From positions 1 through 53,003 of the forward strand of contig JBDRGX010000094.1 of NCBI GenBank assembly GCA_043817485.1: a stretch of DNA of 53,003 nucleotides, written 5' to 3'. This DNA is from a bacterium. GTDB taxonomy: Bacteria > JBDRGX01. Shown here one piece after another: positions 28,612 to 40,491 of the stretch; within the stretch, counting starts at the first letter, position 1; each line of letters starts with the position of its first letter. The notes beneath the pieces were generated by a model, which saw only the letters and a program-made list of their open reading frames with translations, was not told the origin of the DNA and ran no database searches. Made by a program: the position numbers and the translations under genes.

Positions 28612-29033
28612 ATTTTTGTTTTCAATCCTTTCCTACTAACAATTTTTGTTTTAATGGGAAGCTTGAAAGAAGCTTTTACTAATGCTTCTTTACACAAATC
28701 TTCATCTGCTCCACCTATTTCAAACATAATCGTTCCTCTTTTTACTACACTCACCCAAAATTCTGGACCACCTTTTCCTTTTCCCATACGCACTTCTAAA
28801 GGTTTTTTACTTACTGGTTTATCTGTAAATATTCTAATCCAAATTTTACCAATTCTTTTTATATGATGTGTCATTGCTATTCTTGCTGATTCAATTTGTT
28901 TTTCAGTAATCCAAGCTGATTCCATTGCTCTTAATCCATATTCACCAAAATCAACATTAATTCTTGTACAAGCTTTTCCTTTTCTTGTACCTCTATGAAC
29001 TTTTCTATATTTTACTTTTTTTGGTATTGCCAC
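28608..29033 (-). CDS. rplP: 50S ribosomal protein L16
   Basis: (M)[13 protein letters not shown]...G....G..V.FG.YGL.A.E...I...QIE.AR.A..R. Confidence 0.95.
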   Translation of the reverse strand: MAIPKKVKYRKVHRGTRKGKACTRINVDFGEYGLRAMESAWITEKQIESARIAMTHHIKRIGKIWIRIFTDKPVSKKPLEVRMGKGKGGPEFWVSVVKRGTIMFEIGGADEDLCKEALVKASFKLPIKTKIVSRKGLKTKI

Positions 29034-29679
29034 TTATAATCTCCTCTTTATCTTTAGAATCTTCTTCTAAACATAACCATACTTTAATTCCCACACAACC
29101 ATAAGTAGTATGAGAAGTTGATATAGCATAATCTATATTTTCTCTAATAGTATGTAAAGGAATTTTTCCTTCTTTATACCACTCTCTACGAGCTATTTCA
29201 GATCCAGCTAATCTTCCAGAACATTGTATTTTTGCTCCTTGAGCACCCATTTGTATAGCAGTTTGAACAGCTTTTTTCATTGCTCGTCTATATGAAATTC
29301 TTTTTTGTATTTGTAAAGCTATATTTTCTGCTACTAAACAAGCATTTAATTCTGGAACTTTTACTTCAATAATATCAACATCAACCTGCTTATTTGTAAT
29401 ATTTAATAAATCTTTAATTAAATTTTCTATTTCAAATCCTTTTTTCCCAATAATAATTCCTGGTCTTGCAGCAAAAATATTTACTTTTACTTTATCTTTA
29501 AATCTTTCTATTTCTATTTTAGAAATTCCAGCATAAAGCATTTTTTTCTTTATAAATTCTCTAATTTTAATATCTTCTTTTAAAAATTCTTTATATTCTT
29601 TTCCTTGAGCAAACCATCTTGATCCCCAATTTTTTCTTTCTATTAATCTAAAACCCATTGGATTAACTTTTTGACCCAT
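29005..29679 (-). CDS. rpsC: 30S ribosomal protein S3
   Basis: MGQKVNP.GFRL......W.S.W. The KH domain is present. The start is placed at the ATG 29677-29679, after GAGAGG. Confidence 0.95.
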   Translation of the reverse strand: MGQKVNPMGFRLIERKNWGSRWFAQGKEYKEFLKEDIKIREFIKKKMLYAGISKIEIERFKDKVKVNIFAARPGIIIGKKGFEIENLIKDLLNITNKQVDVDIIEVKVPELNACLVAENIALQIQKRISYRRAMKKAVQTAIQMGAQGAKIQCSGRLAGSEIARREWYKEGKIPLHTIRENIDYAISTSHTTYGCVGIKVWLCLEEDSKDKEEIISGNTKKSKI

Positions 29680-29680
29680 T

Positions 29681-30034
29681 TTACTCACTTACCTCTCTTT
29701 CGTCACTAATTACTACAGTAATATGACTTGTTCTTTTTCTAATTTTAGTTGCTCTTCCTCTTGGAGCAGATCTCCATCTAAGTGGTTTTAAAATAGGACC
29801 TTCATCTATAGTTACTTTTTTTAAAAATACTTTTTTTTTATCTAATTGTTTAACATCAGCATTTGCTGAAGCAGATTTAATTGTATCAGCAATAAATCGA
29901 GCTGGTTTATTTGGTACAAATTTTAAAATATCTAAAGCTTTTTCAATATCTTTTATTGAATCAATTAAGTCTACTACTCTTCTTGCTTTTTTCGATGAAA
30001 TTCGTATATATTTTTTTATTGCCTTTGCTTCCAA
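29681..30034 (-). CDS. rplV: 50S ribosomal protein L22
   Basis: IR.S..KAR.V.D.I....V..A..IL.F......A. TTG start after GGAGG. Confidence 0.93.
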   Translation of the reverse strand: MEAKAIKKYIRISSKKARRVVDLIDSIKDIEKALDILKFVPNKPARFIADTIKSASANADVKQLDKKKVFLKKVTIDEGPILKPLRWRSAPRGRATKIRKRTSHITVVISDEREVSE

Positions 30035-30092
30035 AATATGCCTCCATAATTAAAATCTTGAAATATAAAATTCAATTAATTCTTTAAAATCT

Positions 30093-30404
30093 TTACTTTT
30101 TTACTTCAGATGCACTTTCTTTTTTCTTTTTTTCTTCTTCTCCACCTCTTGCTCCATGTCCTTTAAATTTTCGAGTAGGTGAAAATTCTCCTAATTTATG
30201 TCCTACCATATTTTCTGTTACATAAACAGAAATGAAATTTTTCCCATTATGTACAGCAAAAGTATAACCTATAAATTCTGGTAAAATTGTACATTGTCTT
30301 GCCCATGTTTTAATACTTGTTCTTTCTCCAGATTTGGTTATTTTTTCAACTTTTTTAAATAACTTAATATCTATATAAGGTCCTTTTTTCAAAGATCTTC
30401 CCAT
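30093..30404 (-). CDS. rpsS: 30S ribosomal protein S19
   Basis: [14 protein letters not shown].......IKTW.R...I.PE.IG.T.AVHNG......[18 protein letters not shown]. Confidence 0.96.
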   Translation of the reverse strand: MGRSLKKGPYIDIKLFKKVEKITKSGERTSIKTWARQCTILPEFIGYTFAVHNGKNFISVYVTENMVGHKLGEFSPTRKFKGHGARGGEEEKKKKESASEVKK

Positions 30405-30412
30405 TTAAAACC

Positions 30413-31246
30413 TCACTTATCATTTCTTCTTTTCAATATATATTGATTAGAAGATTTTTTACGATTTCTTGTTTTATATCCTAAAGTTGGTTTTCCCCAT
30501 GGAGTAACTGGATGAGTTTTTCCAATAGGAGACTTTCCTTCTCCTCCACCATGAGGATGATCACATGGATTCATTGCAACTCCACGTACTGTTGGACGCC
30601 AACCTAACCATCTATTTCTTCCAGCTTTACCTAAAGAAATACTTTCATAATCTACATTCCCAACTTGACCTATTGTTGCATAACAATCTATTGGAACTAA
30701 TCTAATTTCCCCAGAAGGCAATCTTAATTGAGCAAAACCACCTTCTTTATTCATTAATCGAATACTACTTCCAGCACTTCTTCCCATCTGTCCACCTCTC
30801 CCTTTTTTCAATTCTACATTATGAACAATAGTTCCTAAAGGTATATTACGTAATGGCAAAGCATTTCCAATAGATATTTTAACATTTTCTCCAGATACAA
30901 CCATATCACCAACTTTTAAATTAATTGGAGCAATAATATATCTTTTTTCTCCATCTAAATAATTAATTAAAGATATTCTTGAATTTCTATTAGGATCGTA
31001 TTCAATAGATGCAACTTTACCTGGGACATTTAGTTTATCTCTTTTAAAATCTATTATTCTATACATTCTTTTATGTCCACCACCACGATGCCTAATTGTA
31101 ATTCTACCTTGATTATTTCTTCCACCATTTCTTTTCAAAAAAACTAATAATGATTTTTCTGGTTTTACTTTTGATAATCCTTCTCCATCCAATAAAATTT
31201 TAAATCTTTGTCCTGGTGTAGTTGGCTTATATTTTTTTATACCCAT
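30413..31246 (-). CDS. rplB: 50S ribosomal protein L2
   Basis: [13 protein letters not shown]......GGGHKR.YR.IDF.R, and ...[11 protein letters not shown]. Confidence 0.97.
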   Translation of the reverse strand: MGIKKYKPTTPGQRFKILLDGEGLSKVKPEKSLLVFLKRNGGRNNQGRITIRHRGGGHKRMYRIIDFKRDKLNVPGKVASIEYDPNRNSRISLINYLDGEKRYIIAPINLKVGDMVVSGENVKISIGNALPLRNIPLGTIVHNVELKKGRGGQMGRSAGSSIRLMNKEGGFAQLRLPSGEIRLVPIDCYATIGQVGNVDYESISLGKAGRNRWLGWRPTVRGVAMNPCDHPHGGGEGKSPIGKTHPVTPWGKPTLGYKTRNRKKSSNQYILKRRNDK

Positions 31247-31273
31247 TTATTAACCTCTTTTCTATAATTATTT

Positions 31274-31555
31274 TTAAACACTTCCAAAAAGTTCTATTTT
31301 TTGTTCTCCCTTAAGAGAAACAACTGCTTTTTTCCATTTAGATGTTTTTCCCAATTTAGATCTTACTCTTTTAAATTTTCCTTTTACATGCAAAGTATTT
31401 ACTTTAAATACTTTTACTCCAAATATTCTTTCTATTTCTTTTTTTATTTCTAATTTTTCTGCATCCAAACTTACTTTAAAAATATATTTATTTTCTTTAT
31501 TTCTTAAATTTGTTCCTTTTTCTGTATTTAATGGTTGTATTATAATACTATTCAT
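31274..31555 (-). CDS. rplW: 50S ribosomal protein L23
   Basis: 93 aa (I..P..TEK........N...F.V...A.K.EIK..IE..F.VKV..VNT). Confidence 0.93.
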   Translation of the reverse strand: MNSIIIQPLNTEKGTNLRNKENKYIFKVSLDAEKLEIKKEIERIFGVKVFKVNTLHVKGKFKRVRSKLGKTSKWKKAVVSLKGEQKIELFGSV

Positions 31556-32175
31556 TGTTTAACCACACTTCCAAATTTTCCAGAACTTCTCTGGTAATTA
31601 ATAAATTTTCATATTTTAATATATCATAAATATTGATATTGTTTAACAAAGATAACTTTACATTTTTTATATTTCTACAAGATTTAATTATATTTTCATC
31701 TTTTTGTTGTATAATTATAAAAACAGATTCTTTTAATTTTAAATTAGATAAAATTTCTATAAATTTTTTAGTTTTAGGATAATCAAATTTTATTTCTTCT
31801 ACTATAAATATTTTTTTTTCTCTTAATTTTACAGATAAAGCTGTACAAAAAGCTAATTTTTTTTTTCTTTTTAGGCAAATGATAAGTAAAATTTTTAGTT
31901 CTAGGTCCAAAAGTTACTCCGCCACCTCTCCACAAAGGAGATCTAATACTTCCTACTCGAGCTCTACCTGTACCTTTTTGTCTCCAAGGTTTAATTCCAC
32001 CACCTCTTACTTCTGCTCTTGTTTTTGTATTAGCTGAACCACTTCGTTGATTATTTTGATAATTTACAACAGATTCATGTAAGATAGAAATATTTTCTTT
32101 TGAAGAAAATATTTTATCATTCAATAAAACTTCTCCTACTTTTTCTCCGTTTATATTTAATAAATCACTCTTCAA
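31548..32175 (-). CDS. rplD: 50S ribosomal protein L4, reading frame broken by one extra A in an A10 tract (plus-strand T10 at 31857-31866)
   Basis: ORF 31783..32175 carries the L4 N-terminal half (...RAEVRGGG.KPWRQKGTGRAR.GS.RSP.WRGGG..FGP...LPKKKKK). ORF 31548..31910 carries the C-terminal half, starting ...KKKLAFCTALSVKL. They overlap at the homopolymer, and deleting one A fuses them into a normal-length L4. Confidence 0.88.
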
Positions 32176-32214
32176 CTTTTACCTCCAAATCTTTCATATC
32201 CTTTAAATCCAATT

Positions 32215-32844
32215 TTATTTTGTATTTTTAACTCTTTTACTAATAACAACATACTGTCCATTTGCTCCTGGAATACCACCTTTTATTATTAATAAATTTT
32301 TTTCTAATTTTATTTTTTGAACAGTTAAATTTTGAACACTTACTTTTTTTCCACCCATTCTTCCAGGAAATCTCTTGCCTTTAAAAACTCTACTAGGATC
32401 TGAAGATGAACCACTTGAACCAGGAGCTCTATGAAACATAGAACCACGAGTGGCTCTTCCACCACGAAAACCATATCTTTTAACTACTCCTGCAAATCCT
32501 TTTCCTTTAGAAATTCCAGAAATATCTACTTTTTCTTTTTCTTCAAAAATATCTACTTTAATTTCATCTCCTACATTAAATTCATCATTTTCTTCAATTT
32601 TAAACTCTTTCAAAATTCTTGTAGGTTCTTGATTTACTTTCTTAAAATGACCCATCCTAGGTTTTGTTACTCTTTTACTTTTCACAAAACCATAACCTAA
32701 TTGAATAGATAAATATCCTTCTTTTCCTGGAGTCTTTTTTTGAACAATTTTATTAGGAAGTACTTCAATTACAGTTACAGGTATCATATTATTATTTTCA
32801 AAAATATTAGTCATAGATATTTTTTTACCTATCAAGCCTATCAA
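32215..32844 (-). CDS. rplC: 50S ribosomal protein L3
   Basis: (M)IGLIGKKI.MT.IF......PVTVIE.... TTG start 6 nt after GGAGG. Confidence 0.95.
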   Translation of the reverse strand: MIGLIGKKISMTNIFENNNMIPVTVIEVLPNKIVQKKTPGKEGYLSIQLGYGFVKSKRVTKPRMGHFKKVNQEPTRILKEFKIEENDEFNVGDEIKVDIFEEKEKVDISGISKGKGFAGVVKRYGFRGGRATRGSMFHRAPGSSGSSSDPSRVFKGKRFPGRMGGKKVSVQNLTVQKIKLEKNLLIIKGGIPGANGQYVVISKRVKNTK

Positions 32845-32910
32845 AACATACCTCCATTAAATTTGTAAAATTATCAAATTTTACAAAAAAATATTTATTT
32901 TCTACAAAAT

Positions 32911-33216
32911 TTACGATTTAATCTCAATATAGACACCTGTAGGAATATCTAATTTCATCAAAGCATCTATTGTTTTTGATTCTGGATCTAAAATTTCAAT
33001 TAATCTTTTATGAACTCGAATTTCAAACTGTTCTCGAGACTTTTTATCTACAAAAGGAGATCTTAACACAGTATATCTTTTTATTTTTGTAGGTAAAGGT
33101 ATCGGTCCAGAAATTACAGATTCTGTTTTTTGAATAGTATCAACTATTTTTTTAACTGATTTATCAAGTAAACTATAATCATAAGCTTTCAAACAAATTT
33201 TAATAATATTTTTCAT
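32911..33216 (-). CDS. rpsJ: 30S ribosomal protein S10
   Basis: I.LKAYD...LD.S...IV.T......GPIPLPT....[23 protein letters not shown]. Confidence 0.96.
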   Translation of the reverse strand: MKNIIKICLKAYDYSLLDKSVKKIVDTIQKTESVISGPIPLPTKIKRYTVLRSPFVDKKSREQFEIRVHKRLIEILDPESKTIDALMKLDIPTGVYIEIKS

Positions 33217-33238
33217 TCCTTACATTTCCCTCTTTTTT

Positions 33239-34450
33239 TTATTTTGCTTCTTCTAAAACTTCACTTACAACTCCAGCACCTACAGTATTTCCACCTTCTC
33301 TAATAGCAAATCTCATTTCTTTTTCTAAAGCAATTGGAGTAATTAAGTCTACATCCATTGTAATATTATCACCTGGCATTACCATTTCTACGCCTTGAGG
33401 TAAAATTATATTTCCAGTAACATCTGTTGTTCTAAAATAAAATTGTGGTCTGTATCCAGGGAAAAATGGAGTATGTCTTCCACCTTCTTCTTTAGTCAAC
33501 ACATAAACTTCTGCTTTAAATTTTTTATGAGGAGTTATACTTTTAGGAGCTGCTATCATTTGACCTCTTTCTACATCATCTTTATTAACACCTCTTAATA
33601 ATAATCCAACATTATCTCCAGCTTGAGCTTCATCTAACATTTTTCTAAACATTTCTATACCAGTTACAACTGTTTTCTTTGTTTCCCTTATTCCTACTAC
33701 TTCAACAGCATCTCCTATTTTTACTCTGCCTCTTTCTACTCTACCAGTTACTACTGTTCCTCTTCCAGTAATAGTGAACACATCTTCAACAGACATTAAA
33801 AATGTTTTATCTACATCACGAGGTGGAAGTGGAATAAAATCATCTACTGCATTCATTAAATCAAATATACATTTACATTTTTCACAATCTGCTTTTCCAC
33901 ATCCACAATTCATTGCATTTACAGCACTTCCTCTAATTATTGGTGTTTCATTTCCAGGAAATTTATAATCATTTAAAAGTTCTCTAACTTCTAATTCTAC
34001 TAATTCTAATAATTCTGGATCATCAACCATATCTACTTTATTTAAAAACACTACAAGAAAAGGAACATTAACTTGACGAGCTAATAAAACATGCTCTTTA
34101 GTTTGTGGCATTGGACCATCAGCAGCAGAAACAACTAAAATACCACCATCCATTTGAGCTGCCCCAGTAATCATATTTTTAATATAATCTCTATGCCCTG
34201 GACAATCAACATGAGCATAATGTCTTTTTGCTGTTTCATACTCCACATGACAAATAGCAATAGTTATTCCTCTTTCTCTTTCTTCTGGAGCAGAATCAAT
34301 TTGATCAAAAGCCATTGCTTTTATTTTAGTATTTTGTGAAGATAATACTTTAGTAATAGCACTAGTTAAAGTCGTCTTTCCATGATCAATATGACCTATT
34401 GTCCCTATATTTAAATGTGGTTTTATTCGTTCAAATTTCTCTCTTGCCAT
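33239..34450 (-). CDS. tuf: elongation factor Tu (with a Cys-rich loop [14 protein letters not shown] in domain I)
   Basis: [20 protein letters not shown], and domains II and III are all present. Confidence 0.98.
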   Translation of the reverse strand: MAREKFERIKPHLNIGTIGHIDHGKTTLTSAITKVLSSQNTKIKAMAFDQIDSAPEERERGITIAICHVEYETAKRHYAHVDCPGHRDYIKNMITGAAQMDGGILVVSAADGPMPQTKEHVLLARQVNVPFLVVFLNKVDMVDDPELLELVELEVRELLNDYKFPGNETPIIRGSAVNAMNCGCGKADCEKCKCIFDLMNAVDDFIPLPPRDVDKTFLMSVEDVFTITGRGTVVTGRVERGRVKIGDAVEVVGIRETKKTVVTGIEMFRKMLDEAQAGDNVGLLLRGVNKDDVERGQMIAAPKSITPHKKFKAEVYVLTKEEGGRHTPFFPGYRPQFYFRTTDVTGNIILPQGVEMVMPGDNITMDVDLITPIALEKEMRFAIREGGNTVGAGVVSEVLEEAK

Positions 34451-34541
34451 TTTTAATGCCTCCTTAAATTTTTATTTTTTCAATATTTTTTTAATTAATT
34501 TTTCTAACAAAATTTAGAAAAAAAATATAGCATATTTTTTT

Positions 34542-36659
34542 TTAGTTGGCAAGTTTTTTATTAAAAAAATTATATCCACCTTGTTTGGAAATAATCTCAT
34601 TTGCCAAATTTTGAGGAATTCTTTCATAACAAAAATATTCCATATTATAACTACCTCTCCCCTGTGTTATCGATCTCAAGGGCGTTGCATAGCTAAATAT
34701 TTCTTTTAAAGGAACTGTTCCTTTTATTATTTGAAAATTATTTTTTGCTTCTAAAGAATCTATTTTTCCTCTTCGTGAATTAAAATCTCCTAAACATTCT
34801 CCTATAAATTCTTGAGGAATATTAATTTCTATTTTCATAATTGGTTCCATTAAAATTGGATTTGCTTTTTTTAAAGCTTCGTGAAAAGCCATTAAAGAAG
34901 CCATTTTAAATGATAAATTAGAAGCATCTTCTTTACGATAAACACCATCAACTAATACTGCGATTATATCGATTAAAGGATACGAAGCAATAATACCAAT
35001 ATTCATACCTTCTTTTATGCCTTCTTCTATATCAATTAAATATTCACTTGGAATAACACCTTTTTTACTTTTGTTCACAAATTTAAAACCTTCTCCTCTT
35101 GCAGCAGGTATTATTTTTAAAGAAACTTGTGCAAAATGTGTTTTGTCTCCTATTTGCTTCATGAAAACACCATCAGCAACAGCTTCCTTTTGAATAGTTT
35201 CTCTATAAGATACTTCTGGCTTTCCTATATTAACACCAATTTTAAATTCTCTTTTTAATCGATCTATTAAAATTTCTAAATGTAATTCTCCCATCCCAGA
35301 AATAATACATTGAGAAGTTTCTTCATTAAATTGTACTTTAAAAGTAGGATCTTCGTTTGCTAATTTTAAAAGACTTTCATCTATTTTTTTTTCATCAGAT
35401 TTTGTTTTTGGTTCAATAGCCACAGAAATTACTGGTTCTGGAAAATGAATTACATCTAACACTATCGGAATATTCAAATCACAAAGAGTATCTCCAGTTG
35501 TAGTTTTTTCTAATCCAACAGTTGATAAAATATCTCCCGTAAAACCTATTTTTATTTCTTCTTTTTTATTTGCATGCATTCTTAAAATTTTTCCAATTCT
35601 TTCTTTACATCGTTGAGTAGCATTATAGACAATACTTCCAACTTTTAAAGTCCCTGAATAAATTCTAAAAAAAGATAATTTTCCCATATAAGGATCTGTA
35701 ATAACTTTAAAAACTACTGCTGAAAAAGAATTTGCATCATCTGGTTTACGTTCTTCTTTTTCTCCATTAAATAATTCACCAACAACAAATGGTTTATCTA
35801 AAGGAGAAGGCAAATAATCTACCACACCATCTATTAAGGGCTGAACTCCTTTGTTTTGTAAAGATGAACCACAAAAAACGGGAATAATTTTATAAAAAAG
35901 TGTCATCCTTCTTATTTCTGCTTTTATTTCTTTTTCATCAATAGGTTTTTTTTCTAAATATTTTTCCATTAATATATCATTATTTTCTACAATTTTTTCT
36001 AAAAGAATATCTCTATGATAATAAGCTATTTCTATTAAATCTTGAGAAATTTCTTCTTCTTTATAATTTAATCCTTTATCATCTATCCAAATTAAACTTT
36101 TCATTTTAATTAAATCCACAACCCCTTTAAAATTGCTTTCATTTCCAATTGGAATTTGAACTGCTAATGCATTTTTATTTAATTTTTTTTGAATTGATTT
36201 AAGCACTTCATAAAAATCTGCTCCCATTCTATCTATTTTATTTACATAAATCATACGCGGAATATTATATTTATCTGCTTGGTGCCAAACAGTTTCAGAT
36301 TGAGGTTCAACTCCTCCTACTCCACAAAATATAACTACAACTCCATCTAAAATTCTAAATGCCCTTTCTACTTCAGCTGTAAAATCAACATGTCCAGGAG
36401 TATCAATTATATTTATACAAAAATTTTTCCAAAAACAAGTAATAGCAGCTAATGTAATTGTAATACCTCTTTCTTGTTCTTGCTCCATCCAATCCATAGT
36501 TGTTGTACCTTCATCTACTTCACCAATTTTGTTAATTTTTCCAGTATAATACAATATTCGTTCTGTTGTAGTTGTTTTTCCAGCATCAATATGAGCACTA
36601 AAACCTATATTTCTTACCATTTCTAAAGGTATTTCTCTTTTTATAATTTCTTGTTTCAA
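34542..36659 (-). CDS. fusA: elongation factor G
   Basis: [27 protein letters not shown], and the full five-domain length (705 aa). Confidence 0.97.
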   Translation of the reverse strand: MKQEIIKREIPLEMVRNIGFSAHIDAGKTTTTERILYYTGKINKIGEVDEGTTTMDWMEQEQERGITITLAAITCFWKNFCINIIDTPGHVDFTAEVERAFRILDGVVVIFCGVGGVEPQSETVWHQADKYNIPRMIYVNKIDRMGADFYEVLKSIQKKLNKNALAVQIPIGNESNFKGVVDLIKMKSLIWIDDKGLNYKEEEISQDLIEIAYYHRDILLEKIVENNDILMEKYLEKKPIDEKEIKAEIRRMTLFYKIIPVFCGSSLQNKGVQPLIDGVVDYLPSPLDKPFVVGELFNGEKEERKPDDANSFSAVVFKVITDPYMGKLSFFRIYSGTLKVGSIVYNATQRCKERIGKILRMHANKKEEIKIGFTGDILSTVGLEKTTTGDTLCDLNIPIVLDVIHFPEPVISVAIEPKTKSDEKKIDESLLKLANEDPTFKVQFNEETSQCIISGMGELHLEILIDRLKREFKIGVNIGKPEVSYRETIQKEAVADGVFMKQIGDKTHFAQVSLKIIPAARGEGFKFVNKSKKGVIPSEYLIDIEEGIKEGMNIGIIASYPLIDIIAVLVDGVYRKEDASNLSFKMASLMAFHEALKKANPILMEPIMKIEINIPQEFIGECLGDFNSRRGKIDSLEAKNNFQIIKGTVPLKEIFSYATPLRSITQGRGSYNMEYFCYERIPQNLANEIISKQGGYNFFNKKLAN

Positions 36660-36741
36660 ATTATCACTACTACCTTTTAAAAAATAAAATTAATTATTAA
36701 AAAATAATTAATTTTATTTTTCTAATTTTGAAATTTATTTC

Positions 36742-37212
36742 TTACCATTTATAATGAGCAAAAGCTTTATTAGCTGCAGCCATTTTATGAACATCTTCTT
36801 TTTTCTTTAAAGTAGCACCAGTATTATTTATAATATCTAAAAATTCTCCAGCTAATTTAGCAGCCATTCCTCTTTCTCCTCTTTTTTTAGCAAAACCTAT
36901 TATCCATCTAATAACTAAAGAAAGTTGAATATTGGCTGGTACTTCCATAGGTACTTGATAAGTGGCTCCACCTATTCTTCTTGATTTTGTTTGTAATATT
37001 GGTTTTGCCTTATCTATGGCTTGATTAAATATTTCCAAAGGATCTTTATGTGTTTTTTCTTCCACTATTCCAAAAAAATCATAAACTATTCTTTGAGCTA
37101 AAGATTTTTTTCCTTTTTTCATAATAACATTTACAAAATTAGTTACTACTGGACTTTTATATTTAAAATCAGGAATTATTTCCCGTTTACTTATTTTTTT
37201 CTTTCTTGGCAT
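36742..37212 (-). CDS. rpsG: 30S ribosomal protein S7
   Basis: MPRKK.......PD.KY......F.N..M..GKKS.A..I.Y ... AFAHYKW. Confidence 0.96.
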   Translation of the reverse strand: MPRKKKISKREIIPDFKYKSPVVTNFVNVIMKKGKKSLAQRIVYDFFGIVEEKTHKDPLEIFNQAIDKAKPILQTKSRRIGGATYQVPMEVPANIQLSLVIRWIIGFAKKRGERGMAAKLAGEFLDIINNTGATLKKKEDVHKMAAANKAFAHYKW

Positions 37213-37239
37213 TTTATTCTCCTGTAAAAAAATTAAAAT

Positions 37240-37617
37240 TTATTTTTTCTTAGTTTTTTTAGCTCCATATTTTGATCTACTTTTTTTTCTATCTTGAACA
37301 CCCATTGTATCCAAAACTCCTCTTACAATATGATATTTTACTCCAGGCAAATCCTTTACTCTTCCACCTCTAACTAATACAATCGAATGCTCCTGTAAAT
37401 TATGTCCTACTCCTGGAATATAAGCTGTAATTTCTATTCCAGTAGTTAATCGTACTCTTGCAACTTTTCTTAAAGCAGAATTTGGTTTTTTGGGAGTGAC
37501 TGTCCATACACGAGTACAAACACCTTTTCTAAAAGGACATTCTTTTAAAGCTGAAGATTTACTTTTTTTTTCAACTTTTTGCCGACCTGTTCTTATTAAC
37601 TGATTAATCGTTGGCAC
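37240..37617 (-). CDS. rpsL: 30S ribosomal protein S12
   Basis: [11 protein letters not shown].......KS.AL...P...[23 protein letters not shown]. Confidence 0.97.
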   Translation of the reverse strand: MPTINQLIRTGRQKVEKKSKSSALKECPFRKGVCTRVWTVTPKKPNSALRKVARVRLTTGIEITAYIPGVGHNLQEHSIVLVRGGRVKDLPGVKYHIVRGVLDTMGVQDRKKSRSKYGAKKTKKK

Positions 37618-37734
37618 TAAATTACCTCCTCTAAAAAATTTTAGAACTATTATAAAATTGAAAATAATTTTATAGTTAATAATAAAATAAATTTTTAAAA
37701 AAACATATTAGAAAATTAAAATTATAAAATTGTC

Positions 37735-37764
37735 TTAATTACTATTCTTTATATTTTTTGTCAA
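37735..37764 (-). promoter_or_regulatory. candidate str-operon promoter (exact TTGACA -35, weak -10)
   Basis: TTGACA on the minus strand at 37764-37759. TAATTA follows after an 18-nt spacer. About 120 nt upstream of rpsL. Confidence 0.3.
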
Positions 37765-37834
37765 GTTTTAATTAAAATGTAATATAATTTCATATTTTGT
37801 AAAACTTATAATTTCATAAATAATCAAACAAAAA

Positions 37835-39571
37835 TTAATTTAATTTTTGTTTTTCTTTTAATTTTTCAAGTAAATTTTTTAAAGATAATGTATTTAAAAG
37901 ATTTTTCTTTTCTAACCATCCTCTTCGTGCTGTAGCAATTCCAAATTTAATTAAATCTAAATGTGTTTTACAATGTGCATCAGTTCCAATACTAATCATT
38001 ACTTCTTTTTCCTTAGCTCTTTTTAAATAAACATCTTTTAAATCTAATCTTTCTGGAAATGAATTTAATTCTAAAAATGTTTTTGTTTCAAAAGCTACTT
38101 CAAAAATTTTTTCCATATCAATTGCATAAGAATTTCTACTAGATATAAGACGACCTGTTGGATGAGCAATAATATTAACAAATTTATTTTTCATTGCTTG
38201 AACAATTCTATTAGTTATTACTTTTTCTTCTTGTTTAAACCCGTAATGAATAGAAGCAATTACTAAATCTAATTGCGACAATATTTCATCATCATAATCA
38301 AGAGATCCATCTTTTTTAATATTTACTTCTGCCCCAGATAAAACATAAAAAGTTTTATCTTTTTCATTCAAATAATGAATAAATTTAATTTGTTCTAAAA
38401 GCCGTTCTCGAGAAAGTCCATTACCTATTTTATGAGAAGCAGAATGATCACAAATAGCAATATATTCATAACCCATTGCTTTTGCTACAAATACTATTTC
38501 TTCAATTGAAGAAATTCCATCGCTCCAATCAGAATGAATATGTAAATCACCTTTAATATCTTTTTGAGTTATTAATTCAGGTAATTTATTTTTTATAGCT
38601 AAATCAATTTCTTCAGCATTTTCTCTTAATTCTGGAGAAATATAAGAAAGCCCTAAAGCATTAAAAACTTCTTCTTCTGTTTTTCCTGCAATTTTTTCAA
38701 GAGATTTATCAAATAATCCATATTCATTTATTTTTAACCCTTTTTCCTTTGCTAATTTTCTTAAAGAAATATTATGCTGTTTTGATCCAGTAAAATACAT
38801 TAAAGCAGCACCAAAACTCTCTATATCAACTACTCTTAAATCTACTTGTTTATTTTGTTCTATTAAAATACTACTTTTAGTTTTACCTTTAACAAGAATT
38901 TTTATTACATAAGATAAAGAAGTAAAATAATCCATTACTTTTTCTGGATACAAAGAAGCAACTAATATATCTATATCTCCTATAGTTTCCTTCATACGAC
39001 GAAGACTTCCAGCTAAACTAATTTTTTCAATTTCTTTTAGTTTTTGTAAATCTTCTATAATTTTTTCTGCTATAGGTAAAGCTTTCCATAATAATTGTCT
39101 TTTTTGTTGTTGTTTATAAAAACTAATAGCTTTTACAATATTTTCTTCTGTTTTTTCTCCCATACCTGGTAAATCTTTTATTTTATGTTCTTCAAGTGCT
39201 TTTTTTAATTTTTCTAAATTATCTATTCCTAATTTTTCATAAAATAAATTAACTTTTTTAGGACCTAAACCTTCTATTTCTAAAAGATTAGTTATTCCAT
39301 TTGGAATAGAATTTTTTAATTCTTCAAAATATTTAAGATGTCCTGTATTAAGCAATTCTTCTATTTTTTCAGCAATACTTTTTCCTACTCCTGAAATATT
39401 TAATAAACCCTGTATCCCAAAAAATTTATACATAGAAAATATTTCTGTATTTAATTTTTCTATAGAATAAATTACTTTTTGATAAGCTCTTATTTTGAAA
39501 AGATTTTCAGATTGTAATTCCAAAATTTTCACAATATCTTCAAATATAGAAATTATTTCTGTATTTTTCAT
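37835..39571 (-). CDS. polX: family X DNA polymerase with C-terminal PHP phosphoesterase domain (PolX)
   Basis: N-terminal HhH repeats, the palm motif GS.RR..E..GD.D.L, and the PHP motif D.H.HS.WSDG ... GTDAH. 578 aa. Confidence 0.85.
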   Translation of the reverse strand: MKNTEIISIFEDIVKILELQSENLFKIRAYQKVIYSIEKLNTEIFSMYKFFGIQGLLNISGVGKSIAEKIEELLNTGHLKYFEELKNSIPNGITNLLEIEGLGPKKVNLFYEKLGIDNLEKLKKALEEHKIKDLPGMGEKTEENIVKAISFYKQQQKRQLLWKALPIAEKIIEDLQKLKEIEKISLAGSLRRMKETIGDIDILVASLYPEKVMDYFTSLSYVIKILVKGKTKSSILIEQNKQVDLRVVDIESFGAALMYFTGSKQHNISLRKLAKEKGLKINEYGLFDKSLEKIAGKTEEEVFNALGLSYISPELRENAEEIDLAIKNKLPELITQKDIKGDLHIHSDWSDGISSIEEIVFVAKAMGYEYIAICDHSASHKIGNGLSRERLLEQIKFIHYLNEKDKTFYVLSGAEVNIKKDGSLDYDDEILSQLDLVIASIHYGFKQEEKVITNRIVQAMKNKFVNIIAHPTGRLISSRNSYAIDMEKIFEVAFETKTFLELNSFPERLDLKDVYLKRAKEKEVMISIGTDAHCKTHLDLIKFGIATARRGWLEKKNLLNTLSLKNLLEKLKEKQKLN

Positions 39572-40491
39572 GCTAACAAATTTCCTGCTTTTAAATGGAC
39601 TCCTTGTGCAAAATCATAAGCTAACATTTTTTTTGCATTTTCCATTTGAACTTCTTTTAATAAAATTAATCCATTTAAAGTATTTACAACAATTCCTTTT
39701 TTTTCAATCTTAATTATTTCTCCAATTTTTCCTAAAAATATTTCTTTATTATAAATTTCTGCTTTTAAAATTTTTAATCGTTTTCCGTTTAAAAAAGTAT
39801 AAGTTCCTGGCCAAGGAAAAAGTCCTCTTATTAAATTATAAATACTGACAACATCTTTATTCCAATCAATTAAACCATTTTCTCTTTTTAATTTAGAAGC
39901 ATAAAAAGATTCTACTGGCTTTTGAATTATTCTTTCAACTTTTCCAGATTCAATTTTTTTAATAGTTTTTAATAAAATCATTGAAGCCATTTTTTTTAAT
40001 TTATCATAAATATCTTCTGCTGTTTCATTTTCTTCTATAAAAATTTTTTCTTGTAAAATAATATCACCAGCATCTATCTCATTTTTTAAAAATATAGTAC
40101 TAACACCTGTTTCTTTTTCTCCATTGATAATTGCCCAATTTATAGGAGCAGATCCTCGATATTTAGGAAGTAAAGAAGCATGAACATTAATACAACCTAA
40201 TAAAGGTAAGTTTAAAATTTCTGAAGAAAGGATTCTAAATGCAACAACAACAATTAAATCTGGTTTTAGTTTTTTAAGTTTTATTTCTATATTTTTTAAT
40301 TTATGATATTGAAATAAAAGAAGGTTATTTTCTAAAGCAATTTTTTTAACTGGTGAATAATTTATTTTATATCCTCTATTTGATAATTTATCTGGTTGAG
40401 TAAAAACACCAATTATTTCAAAATGTTCATTTAATAGCATTTCAAGACAAGGAACAGCAAATTCTGGAGTTCCCATAAAAACTATTTTCAT
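39568..40491 (-). CDS. fmt: methionyl-tRNA formyltransferase
   Basis: MKIVFMGTPEFAVP.L..L, N.H.SLLP.YRG..PI..AI..G...TG. Confidence 0.93.
   Translation of the reverse strand: MKIVFMGTPEFAVPCLEMLLNEHFEIIGVFTQPDKLSNRGYKINYSPVKKIALENNLLLFQYHKLKNIEIKLKKLKPDLIVVVAFRILSSEILNLPLLGCINVHASLLPKYRGSAPINWAIINGEKETGVSTIFLKNEIDAGDIILQEKIFIEENETAEDIYDKLKKMASMILLKTIKKIESGKVERIIQKPVESFYASKLKRENGLIDWNKDVVSIYNLIRGLFPWPGTYTFLNGKRLKILKAEIYNKEIFLGKIGEIIKIEKKGIVVNTLNGLILLKEVQMENAKKMLAYDFAQGVHLKAGNLLA

Noticed and set aside
31783-31910. The two overlapping rplD ORFs interpreted as two separate genes.
   Set aside because: They encode the N- and C-terminal halves of one L4 protein and overlap exactly at an A10 tract. 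This is a single gene with a 1-nt frame problem.
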